From positions 197,902,031 to 197,966,030 of the forward strand of contig NC_092371.1 of NCBI RefSeq assembly GCF_030028105.1: DNA of 64,000 nucleotides. Direction: 5' to 3'. The stretch is from Mobula birostris. Lineage: Eukaryota. Below, in pieces: positions 62,065 to 64,000 of the stretch. Made by a program: the position numbers and the translations under genes. The notes beneath the pieces were generated by a model. The model searched no databases. It was not told where the DNA came from and saw nothing but the letters and a program-made list of their open reading frames with translations. Each line of letters begins with the position of its first letter. Position 1 is the stretch's first letter.

Positions 62065-62990
62065 ATAGCAGAATCTAAATCAGGTTTATTATCATGGCTG
62101 GTGCCATGACCAGGTGTTGAATGCAGTGGCAGAAATGATCTCCTTGACCATTAACAACAGTAGGCACCTCCGCCTACCAAAAAAGCCCATAGCCCTTTGT
62201 CAAAGCTGGAGACCAACCACCGCCTCAGCCCAGATCACCAGCAGGCTTGCTCACTGCGGTGTCTGACTGCCTATCTTGGCAAGCAATTAAAGTTCCCTGA
62301 CTTGATCGCATAATTGTCCCTGAGGCCTGATGTGGCCATTCTGTCAGAAACCTTGAAGCAAGTGGACATGGTAGAACTGATAGTTCCTTGAGGCATTTAA
62401 GCATAAGAAAACCACAAAAACTGCTTAGTGAGTCTCCAGGTAGCTATAGATAGAGGTATGACCCATGGACCAATGCTGCTGGGACAGCGGCCAGAGCCAG
62501 AACAATCCTGGCTGGGTTCCCTGGGCGACAATGTCTGATGTAGAAAGGCCCAAAACACCCAATGACCCCAGGTTGCATCACTGATGATGTGTCCCAGGAT
62601 GTATCTCTGTATCATTGAGATGCATCATGATAGTTCTTGTGCTTTGGCAGCAATATAGTGCAAAAATTACTATGAGTTACAAAAATAATTGGAATAGTAC
62701 AAAAGAGGAATAGCAAGGTATCTATCGTTCATGTGTTCAGGGATGCTTAGGAAATCTGATGGCAGAAAGGAAGAAGCTGTTCCTAAGTCATTGAGTGTGG
62801 GTCTTCAGGCTTCTTTGCCTCTTCCCCATTGTTAGGAAGTAGAAGAAATCGTGTCCCAGATGGTGAGGGACTTAATAATGGATGCTGCCTCCTTCCTGCA
62901 GGCACTGCCTTTTGAAGATGTCCTCAGTTCCAGGTGGATTGTGCCTGTGACGAAGCTGGCTGAGTCCACAACCCTGTGCAACCTCTAGTT
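62065..62990 (-). mobile_element. Rex1-like 3' fragment
   Basis: The reverse strand gives EDIFKRQCL..IIKSLTIW and RNSFFLSAIRF. Tail AATAAACCTGATT. Confidence 0.7.
62097..62623 (+). mobile_element. HERO-like non-LTR element 3' end (restriction-like endonuclease)
   Basis: Manual translation gives WCHDQVLNAVAEMI, FVKAG, LGKQLKFP and LRPDVAILSETLKQVDMVELIVP. Possible TSD ATCATG at 62091-62096 and 62624-62629. Confidence 0.7.
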
Positions 62991-63242
62991 AGAAATTAAA
63001 ACACTCTGTGTTTTGCTCTTATTCATACCTGCTTCAACAAGGAAACATTCTTTTGAAATTGAATGTCTGGACACAAAGACAATTTGATAGACATCAGAAA
63101 GTTAATTCTTGGGTTAATAAACCATTATTTTGGTTCAATCAGTGTTTGTCTTAAAACATACAGTATTCCAGATTGCCATTACTATACCAGCTGTGACACT
63201 TGCCCTCTTATTGACAATCGGTAATTAATTCTTAATAATAAA

Positions 63243-64000
63243 CTTGAGATTCTGCAGATGCTGGAAATCCAGAGCAACACACATAAAATGCTGGAAAGAC
63301 TCAGCAATTCAGGCAGCATCTATGGAAATGAATAAACTGTCGAAATTTCGGGCAGAGACCCTTCTTCAGAACTGGAAAGGAAGGGGGAAGATGCCAGAAT
63401 TAAAAGCTGGGGAGAGGAAAGGAGAAGGAGGACTAGCTAGAAGTGAAAGGTAAAGCCAGGTGGGTGGGAAAGGTAAAGGACTGGAGAAGAAGGAATCTGC
63501 TAGGAGAGGAGAGTGGACCATGGGAGAAAGAGAAGTAGGAGGGGCACCAGGGGAAGGCAATAGGCAGGTGAGGAGAAGAGATGAGAGGCCAGAGTGGAAC
63601 TAGAAGAAGAGGGAGGGGAACATTTACCAGAAGGAGAAACTGATGTTCATGCCATCAGGTTGGGGACTATGTAGACAGAATATGAGGTGTTTCAACCTCC
63701 ACCCTGAGAGTGGCCTCATCGTGGCAAAACAGGAAGTTATGGACCGACACATGAGAATAGGAATTAAACTGGTTCATCACCAGAAAACTCTGCTTTTCGC
63801 AGTTGGAGTGGAGATGCTCAGCAAAGTGGTCCCCCAATTTACATCGAGTCTCACTAGTGAGAGGAAGCCATGTTGGGAGCACCGGATACAATAGATAAAC
63901 CCAACAGATTTGGAGGTGAAGTATTGCCTCACCTGGAAGGACTGTTCGAGGCCTGAACGGAGGTAAGGGGGGGGAGGGATAGTGAATGGGCAGCTATAGC
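63243..64000 (-). mobile_element. Penelope-like element 3' part, running off the window
   Basis: SETRCKLGDHFAEHLHS..NQFNSYSH..DEATLRVE. The pLTR has a hammerhead-like CTGAAGA..GAAAT-TTC at about 63337-63374 on the minus strand. Confidence 0.85.

Noticed and set aside
243-63894. Numerous 60-150 aa ORFs as host genes
   Set aside because: They are fragments or alternative/antisense frames of retroelements, or short random ORFs with no recognisable domain or exon structure.

Overview
Eukaryotic, repeat-dominated window. The repeat repertoire (CR1 LINEs with SGNH-esterase ORF1, Rex1-like LINEs, V-domain SINEs, Penelope pLTRs) points to a cartilaginous fish such as a ray or shark; this is inference, not a database result. 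No intact host protein-coding gene is recognisable, and every long ORF is a retroelement fragment. Most of 1-28 kb and 43-64 kb is nested transposon debris from at least ten groups: CR1, L2, Rex1, RTE, L1/Tx1, R4/Dong-like, HERO-like, two Penelope families, Ty3/gypsy, Tc1 and tRNA-SINEs. Many target-site duplications (TSDs) are readable. About 28-43 kb is repeat-poor and contains a CpG-retaining segment with a candidate promoter, first-exon donor and CTCF motif. The most notable signals are: minimal hammerhead-ribozyme motifs in Penelope terminal repeats, including ORF-less fold-back insertions with their own TSDs; a SINE and its probable RTE partner LINE sharing a 3' tail; a Dong-like R4 element inserted into the (TTA)n tail of an L2; and a deep nested insertion stack inside a Tc1 relic. 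Boundaries of degenerate copies are approximate.
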